Of a DNA stretch of 32,890 nt, positions 15,936 through 24,876 are shown in pieces. Each line of letters begins with the position of its first letter. The stretch's first letter is position 1. The position numbers and the translations under genes were made by a program. The notes under the pieces are model-generated. The model had not been told where the DNA came from and searched no databases. It saw nothing but the letters and a program-made list of their open reading frames with translations. Source of the DNA: an uncultured Candidatus Saccharibacteria bacterium (GTDB lineage: Bacteria; Patescibacteriota; Saccharimonadia; Saccharimonadales; JANWIN01); NCBI GenBank assembly GCA_964469975.1, contig CAYYAF010000002.1:1-32890 (forward strand). The letters run 5' to 3'.

Positions 15936-17150
15936 ATGTTAAATTTTGAATTCACAGCAAGGAATGCCTCTACTGGCGAAAGTGTTAGTTCGGTAGTTCA
16001 AGCTAATAGTGAGTCAGAAGCGGCTAAATTAATTCGCCAGCAAGGTTTATCACCGACCTCTATTAAATCTAAGGGTGAGGCCGGCGGCTTTAAAAAGATT
16101 TTCAACAAGGTAAAAACTAAAGATAAAGTATTATTTTCGCGCCAACTCTCAACCTTAATTAATGCCGGCTTGCCGCTTGTGCAAAGTTTGCGTAGTGTTA
16201 TGAGCCAAACCCAGAATAAAAAATTAAAGCTTATCATCAGCCAGATAATTGCCACTGTTGAAAGCGGCTCCAGTTTTTCGGCCGCGCTAAACCGCTACCC
16301 GGATATTTTTAACAGAGTCTTTATTAGTTTAGTTGCAGCTGGTGAAGCCTCGGGTACACTAGATGCCGCGCTAGAGCGTATTGCCAACCAACAAGAAAAA
16401 GACGCAGAAATTCTAAGTAAAGTACGCGGAGCCATGATGTACCCAGCCATAGTAATTTTGGTAATGGTTATGGTAATTGGTTTTATGGTAGTTAAAGTTT
16501 TGCCGCAGGTAGAACAAATCTATAAAGATATTCCCGGCGCGTCACTGCCTTTTATTACAAAGGCTCTTTTAGCAGTTTCGCACTTTACCACTAAATATTG
16601 GTGGGTAGTAATAATTCTTTTGGTAGTAGGCGTTATTTTTACATCCAGGTGGTCCAATACTTTAGGCGGCCGCCACGTTGTAGACAAAGTTAAGATGAAA
16701 GCCCCGTTAGTTGGCCCTTTATTTATGAAAGTTTATATGGCAAGATTTTCCCGTACCGGCCAAACGCTTGTATCCAGCGGTGTACCGCTTATACAGATGC
16801 TTGAAATTACCGGTGACGCCGTTAACAACGTACACGTTGAAAACTCACTTGGAACGGCAATAGAAAAAGTTAAAGGGGGCAAGGCGCTAAGTGATGCCCT
16901 GACAGGCGACCCTAACTTTTTAGATTTAGTGCCAAACATGCTTCACATTGGCGAACAATCTGGCCAAATGGAACAAATGATGGGCAAGGTTGCAGATTAC
17001 TACGAAAGGGAAGTAGACCAAGAGCTTAAGAACATACAAACTATTATTGAACCGGTTTTGATGGTAATTCTTGGGGTGGTGGCCTTTACTATTGTGGCGG
17101 CAGTATTGCTACCTATATATGGCTTAGCCAATAAATCCATAATCCGCTAG
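15936..17150 (+). CDS. pilC: Type IV pilus platform protein PilC (GspF family)
   Basis: 404 aa with two GspF-type repeats (FSRQLSTLINAGLPLVQSL and FSRTGQTLVSSGVPLIQML) and three TM segments. Confidence 0.9.
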   Translation: MLNFEFTARNASTGESVSSVVQANSESEAAKLIRQQGLSPTSIKSKGEAGGFKKIFNKVKTKDKVLFSRQLSTLINAGLPLVQSLRSVMSQTQNKKLKLIISQIIATVESGSSFSAALNRYPDIFNRVFISLVAAGEASGTLDAALERIANQQEKDAEILSKVRGAMMYPAIVILVMVMVIGFMVVKVLPQVEQIYKDIPGASLPFITKALLAVSHFTTKYWWVVIILLVVGVIFTSRWSNTLGGRHVVDKVKMKAPLVGPLFMKVYMARFSRTGQTLVSSGVPLIQMLEITGDAVNNVHVENSLGTAIEKVKGGKALSDALTGDPNFLDLVPNMLHIGEQSGQMEQMMGKVADYYEREVDQELKNIQTIIEPVLMVILGVVAFTIVAAVLLPIYGLANKSIIR

Positions 17151-17257
17151 TGGTACAACTGTGGATAAACTATAACTCAGGGCTTGCTTTTTTACCCAAG
17201 ACAAAGTAAATTCATACCATAAGCATCTTAATATCAAATAACAAGGGGGGCTCCTCA

Positions 17258-17731
17258 ATGCTTAAAAAATTAAACAAATCTAACAAAGGCTTCACCATTA
17301 TCGAAGTCTTGATTGTGCTGGCCATTGCCGCATTGATCTTATTGATCGTGTTCTTGGCAGTTCCTGCACTTCAAAGAAACTCAAGGAACACATCCATTAA
17401 AAATGATGCTGCTAATATTTTGGGTGGTATGTCCAACAGTGTTTCTAATAACAACGGCGTATTGCCAACTAATGTGACTTGTGCAGCTGATGGTACAGTC
17501 ACCATAGCCAACACGGCTCCGTCTGATATAAAGGTTAGGTCTGGCACAACCTGCACATTCACTGCTGGTGCTCCAGGCGCTCCAGGTGCTACTGGTATAG
17601 TAGCTGTGGGCACTAACGCTGGCTGTAACGCCGCCGGAAATGCTTCCGTTGCTAAAAACCGTGGACTAGCAGCAGTCTACCTAGTTGAAACTGGTGCATC
17701 AACCACTGCACCAAACTGTGCTGAATCGTAG
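17258..17731 (+). CDS. Type IV major pilin (PilA-like)
   Basis: Class III signal peptide MLKKLNKSNKG/FTIIEVLIVLAIAALILLIV with G-1, F+1 and E+5. Strong RBS (AAGGGGGG). A strong terminator follows. Confidence 0.8.
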   Translation: MLKKLNKSNKGFTIIEVLIVLAIAALILLIVFLAVPALQRNSRNTSIKNDAANILGGMSNSVSNNNGVLPTNVTCAADGTVTIANTAPSDIKVRSGTTCTFTAGAPGAPGATGIVAVGTNAGCNAAGNASVAKNRGLAAVYLVETGASTTAPNCAES

Positions 17732-17754
17732 AATTTAGATTCACAAAAATTGAG

Positions 17755-17780
17755 CGGCCCGAGTTGGGCCGTTCTTTTTT
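17755..17780 (+). terminator. Rho-independent terminator after the major pilin gene
   Basis: CGGCCC (17755-17760), loop GAGTT, GGGCCG (17766-17771), then TTCTTTTTT. Confidence 0.75.
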
Positions 17781-17807
17781 ATTATAGTTATGCTAGGATA
17801 AGGCTTA

Positions 17808-18599
17808 ATGGTTTTTATTGTGCTAGTGTTTTTGGGACTATGCTTTGGTAGTTTTATTAACGCCTACGTTTGGCGTATTCATAACAAAAAGAATTGGATT
17901 AAAGAACGCTCTGTATGTGTTAATTGTGGCCACGAGCTGGCCGCAAAGGACCTTGTACCTGTTTTTAGCTGGCTTTTACTTAAAGGCAAGTGCCGTTACT
18001 GCGGAAAACCTATATCTAGGCAATATCCGCTAGTAGAAGCGCTTACTGCCTTATTATTCGTGTTTTCTTACATATATTGGCCATTTGCCTTTAATGGCCA
18101 GGGAACAACTTTATTTGTATTTTGGCTAGTCTTTTTAGTTGGGCTAATTGCACTGGCCATTTACGACATTAAATGGATGATATTACCCAATAAAATGATC
18201 TATCCATTTATAGTTGCTGCTTTAGTTCAGGCGGTTTTTATACTAACTAGCGCCAAAACACCTTTCCAGGCTTTTATTAGCCTTATATTTAGCATACTAA
18301 TTGGCGGCGGTTTGTTTTACCTTGTATTTCAAATCTCAGATGGTAAGTGGATTGGCGGCGGTGACGTTAAACTTGGTGCTTTACTGGGGTTAATCCTGGC
18401 AGATTGGGAGTTAATGTTTCTGACAATTTTTACAGCTTCGGTGTTGGGTACGCTTGTAACACTGCCGCTAATTGCCACCAAAAAAGCTAAAAAGAACGCT
18501 CATATACCCTTCGGCCCGTTTTTAATTGCCGGGGCAATTTTTGCCCGCCTACTTGGACTGAGTGTTATTAATTGGTACAAACAAAAGTTTGCAATTTGA
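17808..18599 (+). CDS. pilD: Prepilin peptidase (A24 family) PilD
   Basis: N-terminal CxxC...CxxC (CVNCGHEL...CRYCGKPIS). Catalytic Asp motifs AIYDIKWMILPN and GGGDVKLGALLG. Multiple TM segments. Confidence 0.9.
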   Translation: MVFIVLVFLGLCFGSFINAYVWRIHNKKNWIKERSVCVNCGHELAAKDLVPVFSWLLLKGKCRYCGKPISRQYPLVEALTALLFVFSYIYWPFAFNGQGTTLFVFWLVFLVGLIALAIYDIKWMILPNKMIYPFIVAALVQAVFILTSAKTPFQAFISLIFSILIGGGLFYLVFQISDGKWIGGGDVKLGALLGLILADWELMFLTIFTASVLGTLVTLPLIATKKAKKNAHIPFGPFLIAGAIFARLLGLSVINWYKQKFAI

Positions 18600-18639
18600 C
18601 CTAAAGTAAAGCTAATACGCTTATGGTATACTTAAGCCT

Positions 18640-19470
18640 ATGAAAACAGGGCTGGGAAAACAGGCCTTCACTGTTGTTGAAGTTATGATTGTTCTTGGTG
18701 TATCTAGCATGCTGATGATAAGCGGCTTACTATTAATCAACGGACAACAAGCAAAAACCCAAGGCAAACAAGCTTTAGATGATATAAAGCAACAAATGGA
18801 CACGGTTATTAATAATATAGCTACAGGTTATTACCCTAGCTTTGATAATATTCTGTGTAATGCTCCAGCGGCCGGGCCGCCTTCTGTTGGCGTAGGTGCC
18901 GCCGGTTCAAATAGCAGGGGCGCCAACACAGGTTGTATATTTGTTGGGGAGGCGGTTCAATTTAGGTTAAATGGCGTAGATAGTGACTATAATGTTTATA
19001 GTTTGGCCGGAAGGCAGTATAGAAGTGGTACTACAAACGAAGATGTACACTCTGTTGCCGATACAATGCCCGTAGCCCATGACGCTCTAATAGACAATAA
19101 AGTGCTTCAATATGGCATGAAACCCGTAAGAGTTAAATACAATGATACAACTAATATTGGCACTTTTGCCATAATTACAGACTTTGCCGGGCTAGATAGC
19201 AATGGTAATTTGGCTTCTGGCTCCAGAGCCGCCCAACTTTATGCAGTTACAGGCTCGGCACTTGGTGATTCCCAGGCTGCTATAGAAGGGGTAATAAATA
19301 ATACAGCAAACTTAGTTGCTGCCAATAAAGTTACTATTTGTTTTGATATAGGTTTGAAACAGTACGGCATAATAACTATTGGCAGTACAAATAATGGCGG
19401 TACAAACCCAAGGTTAACTACTGACGAACTTATTGTTGATCAAGCATCAAATCCGGGAGCTTGCACCTGA
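18640..19470 (+). CDS. Minor pilin / pseudopilin with prepilin-type N-terminus
   Basis: MKTGLGKQA/FTVVEVMIVLGV has A at -1, F+1 and E+5, followed by a hydrophobic helix. Confidence 0.6.
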   Translation: MKTGLGKQAFTVVEVMIVLGVSSMLMISGLLLINGQQAKTQGKQALDDIKQQMDTVINNIATGYYPSFDNILCNAPAAGPPSVGVGAAGSNSRGANTGCIFVGEAVQFRLNGVDSDYNVYSLAGRQYRSGTTNEDVHSVADTMPVAHDALIDNKVLQYGMKPVRVKYNDTTNIGTFAIITDFAGLDSNGNLASGSRAAQLYAVTGSALGDSQAAIEGVINNTANLVAANKVTICFDIGLKQYGIITIGSTNNGGTNPRLTTDELIVDQASNPGACT

Positions 19471-19934
19471 TGAAAACTATAAATGAACTAGGTGACACAA
19501 TCGTAGAAGTGCTTATTGCCGTTGCGGTCATGAGCATGGTACTGGGCGGCGCCTATTCAATTGCCAGCCGCAGTTTGTCTAGTATTCGCCAAGCTCAGGA
19601 ACATACCGTTGCGCTTAAATATGCCGAGGCCCAAATAGAGCAATTAAAGCAAATGGCAACAAATAAAGGTAATGATTACGCAACCACTCCTAATAATATC
19701 TTTAGCTACGGTTCTAATTTCTGTAGTATTTACGCCACCGTTCCAACCCCAGGGCTTTATATTTACCCCGATAGCAATGCCAATTGCACTAAGTCTAACG
19801 GTATTCCATACCACATATCTATCAGCCGTACGGATAGCGGTCATGTCCATAAATTCACCACTTTGGTACATTGGGACAATATACGCGGTGATGGCCAGGA
19901 TAACGTAACTTTAACCTACAATTTAGACCAATGA
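19470..19934 (+). CDS. Minor pilin / pseudopilin
   Basis: MKTINELG/DTIVEVLIAVAVMSMVLGG has G-1 and E+5 but D at +1. The ATG at 19470 overlaps the upstream TGA and is preferred over the TTG at 19461. Confidence 0.6.
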   Translation: MKTINELGDTIVEVLIAVAVMSMVLGGAYSIASRSLSSIRQAQEHTVALKYAEAQIEQLKQMATNKGNDYATTPNNIFSYGSNFCSIYATVPTPGLYIYPDSNANCTKSNGIPYHISISRTDSGHVHKFTTLVHWDNIRGDGQDNVTLTYNLDQ

Positions 19935-20602
19935 TTTTAACTAAACTTACTAGCCCTAAAAAATTAAACCTTGCGGCCTTTACCTTAATTGAGCTGATGA
20001 TAGCCACGGCTGTTTTTTCGGTAATTTTGTTAATAGCGTCAATTGGATTAATACAGGTAGGTAAAACCTATACCAAGGGTATTACAGAAAATCAAACTCA
20101 AGATGTCACTAGGGCCATAATAGACGACATATCTCAAGCCGTGCAATTTGGCGGCAGTTCCCCCACAAGCCCTACCGGGTCAAGTATTGCCGGCTCTAAC
20201 GACATGTATTTTTGTGTTGGTGATAAGCGTTATATTTATGCCACCAGTACAGAGTTTTTTGATAACATTGCCACTAGCCATGGATTTGTTAGGGATAACC
20301 TGGGTAGCGGCTGTCCAAACCCTGGGAGCTGGCCAGCCGGGGCAACAGATTTACTTGGCCAAAGAATGAGAGTTGCTAACTTTACATTAAACAAACTAGG
20401 CCCAACTAATCTTTATGAAATAAAAATAAGAGTAGTTTATGGTGATGACGATCTTTTATGCAGTCCAAGTTTTGCAGGTGATTGTAGTTTGAATAGCACC
20501 AGCACACACTTAACGGCTACCGATCTAACCTGTAAAGGTAAAGCTGGTTCACAATTTTGTGCGGTATCTGAATTAAGTACGGTTGTACAAAAAAGACTAT
20601 AA
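19931..20602 (+). CDS. Minor pilin / pseudopilin
   Basis: ..KKLNLAA/FTLIELMIATAVFSVILL is a prepilin-type methylation motif with E+5. Start overlaps the upstream stop. Confidence 0.65.
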   Translation: MILTKLTSPKKLNLAAFTLIELMIATAVFSVILLIASIGLIQVGKTYTKGITENQTQDVTRAIIDDISQAVQFGGSSPTSPTGSSIAGSNDMYFCVGDKRYIYATSTEFFDNIATSHGFVRDNLGSGCPNPGSWPAGATDLLGQRMRVANFTLNKLGPTNLYEIKIRVVYGDDDLLCSPSFAGDCSLNSTSTHLTATDLTCKGKAGSQFCAVSELSTVVQKRL

Positions 20603-20617
20603 TAAGGCATAAGTGCA

Positions 20618-21673
20618 ATGACTATAAAAAAGAGCTTAAATAATAATCAAAAGGGATTCGTATCAATCATAGTTACTATGATAATGCTGATCGTACTGAC
20701 TCTAATTGTTCTTGGTTTTGCCCAACGGGCTAGGCGCGAACAAAGGAGCGCACTTGATAGGCAACTCAGTACCCAGGCCTTTTATGCCGCCGAATCGGGC
20801 ATTAATGATTTTATGAACGCTATTAACAATGGCATTATTGATACTAAAACAAACCCGACCAGAACCAATTGCACCGATCCACTGCCGGCTGGAATTACTA
20901 CAAATGTGGTAGATTCTACGACCAATGTAGAGTTTACCTGCGTTTTGTATAATACTTCACCACCCACCCTTGAGTTTGGCCAAGGCAAGATTACAACTAA
21001 TCATGTCACAGTAGTTCCTATAAATAACACCGATTTAACTAAAATGTCATTTAGCTGGGATCATAGCCCGAGCGATACAACCTTTGCGGCTAGTCCGACA
21101 GGTGTTTATTTTAAAACGTTTACTGGCTGGACGAGCAACGTTGGGGTACTTAGAGTACAGCTTATTCCTAGAGATATAATAGGTAGACTTAGTTATATAT
21201 CTAATTCTTACACAGGTTTTCTATATCCGTTTGGTACTGCCACCGGTACGGGAACCGGTACTTATGCCGCTGGCAGTGATGGATTTAACAGCTCTGGAGA
21301 TATAGTTACAGCCTGGTGCAACACAGCCAATACGCCACATAAATGCAATGCAGAAATTACTGGCCTTCAATATAACACCAAGGGCTATTATTTAGTACTG
21401 CGCTCCATATATAAAGATTCAGAAGTATCGGTTACTTGCTATAACGGAGTTGGAGCAAGTACACCTTGCGAAGGCGCACAAGTTCAAATTGACGCTACCG
21501 GCAAAGCCAATGGGGTATTAAGACGTATTGAAAAACGCGTACCCGTAACCGCCGGTGACAGCGATTTTCTGCCAATAGGTTTTGAATCGGTAGATAATAT
21601 TTGCAAACAGATTGTTATTACACCGCCGTCAACTGTAAAAGATGCTCAAACACCCTTGTGCACTTCGTTTTAG
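20618..21673 (+). CDS. PilX-like minor pilin (PilX_N-type N-terminus, no E+5)
   Basis: NNQKG/FVSIIVTMIMLIVLTLIVLGFAQRARREQRSALDRQLSTQAFYAAESGIND matches the PilX N-terminal pattern (...QAFY.AE.G). Position +5 is Ile. Confidence 0.6.
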   Translation: MTIKKSLNNNQKGFVSIIVTMIMLIVLTLIVLGFAQRARREQRSALDRQLSTQAFYAAESGINDFMNAINNGIIDTKTNPTRTNCTDPLPAGITTNVVDSTTNVEFTCVLYNTSPPTLEFGQGKITTNHVTVVPINNTDLTKMSFSWDHSPSDTTFAASPTGVYFKTFTGWTSNVGVLRVQLIPRDIIGRLSYISNSYTGFLYPFGTATGTGTGTYAAGSDGFNSSGDIVTAWCNTANTPHKCNAEITGLQYNTKGYYLVLRSIYKDSEVSVTCYNGVGASTPCEGAQVQIDATGKANGVLRRIEKRVPVTAGDSDFLPIGFESVDNICKQIVITPPSTVKDAQTPLCTSF

Positions 21674-21697
21674 GCTTCTTTAAAACTTAAAATAAAA

Positions 21698-22633
21698 TTA
21701 ATCCGTTACTTTATTGTGAAATTTTTTATGCACTTCTTTTAAATGCGGGTCGGTAACGTGGGTATATATTTGCGTGGTAGCAATATTGCTATGACCCAAA
21801 AGTGCTTGCACACTGCGCAAATCAGCCCCGTTCATAAGCAGATCAGTGGCAAAGCTGTGTCTTAGGGTGTGCGGTGAAACATGTTTGGTTATGCCGGCTA
21901 ACAAAGCATACCGGCCAACAAGCCTTTGCACACTACGCGCGGTTAGTCGGTGATAATTGCCGCTAAGATCTACTTTTTTGCTGCCGCTGTAGCGCACAAA
22001 TAGCGGCCTTGTGCCATCTTTTCTGGCATCTAGGTACTTACTGAGCCATGAAGCCGATTCTTCACTAATAAAAATAGGGCGATCCTTTTGTCCTTTACCG
22101 CGCACCATGAACTCGCGGCGTTTTAAGTTAATGTTGTCTTTATCTAAATTTACTAATTCAGACACACGTAAACCACTGCTAAACAATAGCTCTAAAATAG
22201 CTCTATCCCGTAGGCCGGAAATTTTGTTGGTATCTGGCTGGGCAAATAACCGTTCTAGCTCTTCAGTATTTAAAAAGGTAACTTGTTTACGCTGGGTACG
22301 AGCAAGCTCTACCTTATCTGCAGTTAGGGCAGGGATGTTGCGCTTTGCGCAGTATTTTAAGAAACTCCTAAGTGCAATTAAGTGATAGTTCTGAGTAGAT
22401 TTTTGCAGCTCATCACTGGTGTTAGTACCTAAACGGTTTAGCCACAAACGCCATTTGCGTATTAATTCTGGGTCAATATCACTAACTTTTATATCACCAG
22501 CAAAATCAATTAGCCGAGTTAAATAATGGTCATAGTTAGCAATAGTTTTTTGCGAACGGTTTTGTTCGATTTCTAAATATTCCAAAAAATCAGTTAAGGC
22601 CTTAGCGAATAGCATAAGGATATTGTACGACAT
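21698..22633 (-). CDS. Tyrosine recombinase, XerC/XerD-like
   Basis: N-terminal SAM-like core-binding domain (FLEYLEIEQNRSQKTIANY). Catalytic RHRY-type motifs: GLRVSEL, HTLRHSFAT and LGHSNIATTQIYTH. Confidence 0.85.
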   Translation of the reverse strand: MSYNILMLFAKALTDFLEYLEIEQNRSQKTIANYDHYLTRLIDFAGDIKVSDIDPELIRKWRLWLNRLGTNTSDELQKSTQNYHLIALRSFLKYCAKRNIPALTADKVELARTQRKQVTFLNTEELERLFAQPDTNKISGLRDRAILELLFSSGLRVSELVNLDKDNINLKRREFMVRGKGQKDRPIFISEESASWLSKYLDARKDGTRPLFVRYSGSKKVDLSGNYHRLTARSVQRLVGRYALLAGITKHVSPHTLRHSFATDLLMNGADLRSVQALLGHSNIATTQIYTHVTDPHLKEVHKKFHNKVTD

Positions 22634-22652
22634 AGTGCCAATAATCTATGTC

Positions 22653-22661
22653 TGTTATAAT
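22653..22661 (+). promoter_or_regulatory. Extended -10 element TGTTATAAT immediately upstream of ndk
   Basis: TGTTATAAT ends 7 nt before the ATG at 22669, which begins the conserved MERTLIIAKPD. There is no room for an SD. Confidence 0.4.
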
Positions 22662-22668
22662 TCGGTTT

Positions 22669-23133
22669 ATGGAAAGAACACTTATAATTGCCAAGCCTGA
22701 TGCAGTCCAGCGTGGGCTTGTAGGTGAAATTGTTGGGCGTTTGGAACGCAAAGGACTGAAACTTATTGGCATTAAAATGCTTAGCTTAGATAGTTCGCAT
22801 TTAAGTGCTCACTACGGGGAGCATTTAGAAAAGCCATTTTACAGCGATTTAGAACGATTTATGAGCAGCTCGCCGGTGGTAGTCATGGCTTGGGAAGGTT
22901 ATGAGTGTGTAAATTCAGTACGAATAATAGTGGGGGCTACCAATCCCCGCCAAGCTAGTGCCGGCACTATTAGGGGCGATTTTGCCATTGGCACTGGCCG
23001 CAATTTAGTGCATGCGTCGGACAGCCCGGCTAACGGAAAAGCCGAGGTTGAACGATTCTTTAAGGACGGAGAGTTAGCTAATTACGATAAGTCTGAATAC
23101 GTACATATTTATGATGACACCGAACGAAACTAA
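22669..23133 (+). CDS. ndk: Nucleoside diphosphate kinase
   Basis: MERTLIIAKPDAVQRGLVGEIV.R.E.KGLKL, then RGDFA and NLVHASDS (catalytic His). The start at 22669 is chosen because NDKs begin at MERT; the 22648 ATG would add 7 aa. Confidence 0.9.
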   Translation: MERTLIIAKPDAVQRGLVGEIVGRLERKGLKLIGIKMLSLDSSHLSAHYGEHLEKPFYSDLERFMSSSPVVVMAWEGYECVNSVRIIVGATNPRQASAGTIRGDFAIGTGRNLVHASDSPANGKAEVERFFKDGELANYDKSEYVHIYDDTERN

Positions 23134-23142
23134 TAAATAAGC

Positions 23143-23217
23143 TGGTGCCCCCACTGCGAGTCGAACACAGATCTGCTCCTTAGGACGGAGTTATTCTATC
23201 CATTGAACTATGGGGGC
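23143..23217 (-). tRNA. tRNA-Arg (anticodon CCU), CCA encoded
   Basis: I hand-folded the reverse complement into a cloverleaf: GCCCCCA-TA-GTTC-AATGGATA-GAAT-A-ACTCC-GTCCTAA-GGAGC-AGAT-CTGTG-TTCGACT-CGCAG-TGGGGGC-A-CCA. The acceptor stem is a perfect 7 bp, the T-loop is TTCGA, and the anticodon loop is G-U-CCU-A-A. Confidence 0.85.
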
Positions 23218-23273
23218 GCGTTCACACATTCTAACACCTAGCACCTATGAGCTAAAACTATTACAATAAGCTC

Positions 23274-23825
23274 ATGCCAAAAAAAGAAACTAAAAAGTAT
23301 TTTGAGGATCAATTTGATGGCGAGGAAGTGTTTTTTATATTTAGAAAACACCCTATTGTTATGCGTCGCGGGCTAGTAATAGGTGCTTTTGCACCACTGC
23401 TAGGCACATTACCGGCAGCTTTGCATCCATCTTTAGGACTAGGCTGGTTTTTTGGCGGGCTAGTTATTGGAATTGCTGTGTGGATATTAATTTTATTCCC
23501 ATACTGGATAAGCTGGTACTATAGTATTTTTATCGTAACAGATCAGCGTATTATTCAAATTGGCCAAAAAGGCTTATTCCATAAAACAGTTGTAGACCTT
23601 GCTCTTAGCCAAATACAGATGGTAAATTACCAGATTGCCGGGCTACAAGAAACACTACTTGGTTATGGTACAATCATGATGCAAACTTATGTGGGCGATT
23701 TGGTAATACACGACGTACATCACCCAGCAAAAATCCAGAAGAGGATTTTGAATATATTGCGTGAGCAGGGTATTACCGCCAATAGTTTGCCCGTAAGCAA
23801 GGATGAAGATGAAGAAGAGACCTAA
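23274..23825 (+). CDS. Membrane protein with a bacterial PH domain (bPH_2 / YdbS-YdbT-like)
   Basis: Two TM segments followed by YSIFIVTDQRIIQI.......K.V.DL.L..I..V. The C-terminal tail is acidic. Confidence 0.5.
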   Translation: MPKKETKKYFEDQFDGEEVFFIFRKHPIVMRRGLVIGAFAPLLGTLPAALHPSLGLGWFFGGLVIGIAVWILILFPYWISWYYSIFIVTDQRIIQIGQKGLFHKTVVDLALSQIQMVNYQIAGLQETLLGYGTIMMQTYVGDLVIHDVHHPAKIQKRILNILREQGITANSLPVSKDEDEEET

Positions 23826-24876
23826 GTTAAAAAAAATACTGCGTAAAAGGTCTAAAAAGAAGAATGTTGCTGACGAACCGATAGTTGAATCATCAGTGCC
23901 ACGTATTACCAATGAAACCGTTGCCGAGCATAGGGAGCGGGTTTTATCTGGTGCTCGTAAATATGTTTATCCATTGCAACATTCCAAACACAAGATTGTG
24001 CTTATATCTACAGCACTATTTACAGCCGCAGTGATTGCCTTTTTTAGTTACTGCATTTTGGGGCTTTATAGATTTAAATCATCTACTAACTTTTTATATG
24101 ATGTAACTAAAGTTGTCCCATTCCCAGCTGCCAGGGTAGGGCATAACTTTGTATCTTACGAAGATTATTTATTCGAGCTTAAACATTACATTCACTACTA
24201 TGAGACTCAACAAAACGTTAATTTTAGTAAAGGTACAGGACCACAGCAGTTGGCCGATTATAGACGCCGAGCCTTACAAAAAGTGGTCGATGACGCTTAC
24301 ATAAAACAACTAGCAAAACAGCATAACGTGTCTGTTAGTAGCCAGGAACTGAATGATGAAATTGCTCTTGTGCGTAGCCAAAATCGGTTAGGTGCCAATG
24401 AAAAAGGTTTTGAAGATGTGCTAAAAGAAAATTTTGGGTGGACCATAAATGATTTTAAGCGCAGCTTAAAGCAAGAAATGCTAACTCAAAAATTAGTAGC
24501 CACACTTGATACCGATACACAAGTAAAAGCTAAGGCTGCTTACCAAGAGCTTACAAATGGCGCTAAATTTGAGGACATGGCCAAAAAATACTCCGATGAT
24601 AAAAGTACTAAAACTAATGGTGGCGAATACGGTTTTTTGATAGATCAAACTAATCGTGATTTATCGGCTCAAGTTACACAAACCTTATTTGCGCTTAAAC
24701 CGGGTCAAATATCCGGCATTATTAATACCGGGTTCACTTTAGAAATTGTAAAAAATATAAGCGCACAGGGTCAAAAAGTTAAGGCCGCTCACATTGTATT
24801 TAGTCTTAAAGATATAAATAGCTACTTAAACCCCGTTAAAGACAAAGAAAAAGCACGTTTGTTTATAAGGCTATGA
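23803..24876 (+). CDS. Membrane-anchored parvulin-type peptidyl-prolyl isomerase (PrsA/SurA-like)
   Basis: Basic N-terminus plus one TM. SurA_N-like helical region. Parvulin motif [24 protein letters not shown]. Confidence 0.7.
   Translation: MKMKKRPKLKKILRKRSKKKNVADEPIVESSVPRITNETVAEHRERVLSGARKYVYPLQHSKHKIVLISTALFTAAVIAFFSYCILGLYRFKSSTNFLYDVTKVVPFPAARVGHNFVSYEDYLFELKHYIHYYETQQNVNFSKGTGPQQLADYRRRALQKVVDDAYIKQLAKQHNVSVSSQELNDEIALVRSQNRLGANEKGFEDVLKENFGWTINDFKRSLKQEMLTQKLVATLDTDTQVKAKAAYQELTNGAKFEDMAKKYSDDKSTKTNGGEYGFLIDQTNRDLSAQVTQTLFALKPGQISGIINTGFTLEIVKNISAQGQKVKAAHIVFSLKDINSYLNPVKDKEKARLFIRL

Noticed and set aside
21698-23217. Tyrosine recombinase close to tRNA-Arg as a sign of an integrated mobile element or genomic island, possibly carrying the pilus locus.
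   Set aside because: The recombinase has a XerC/XerD-like layout, and ndk lies between it and the tRNA. I found no direct repeat of the tRNA 3' end elsewhere in the window. No phage or conjugation genes are present, and no obvious composition shift is visible by eye. It cannot be fully excluded without flanking sequence.
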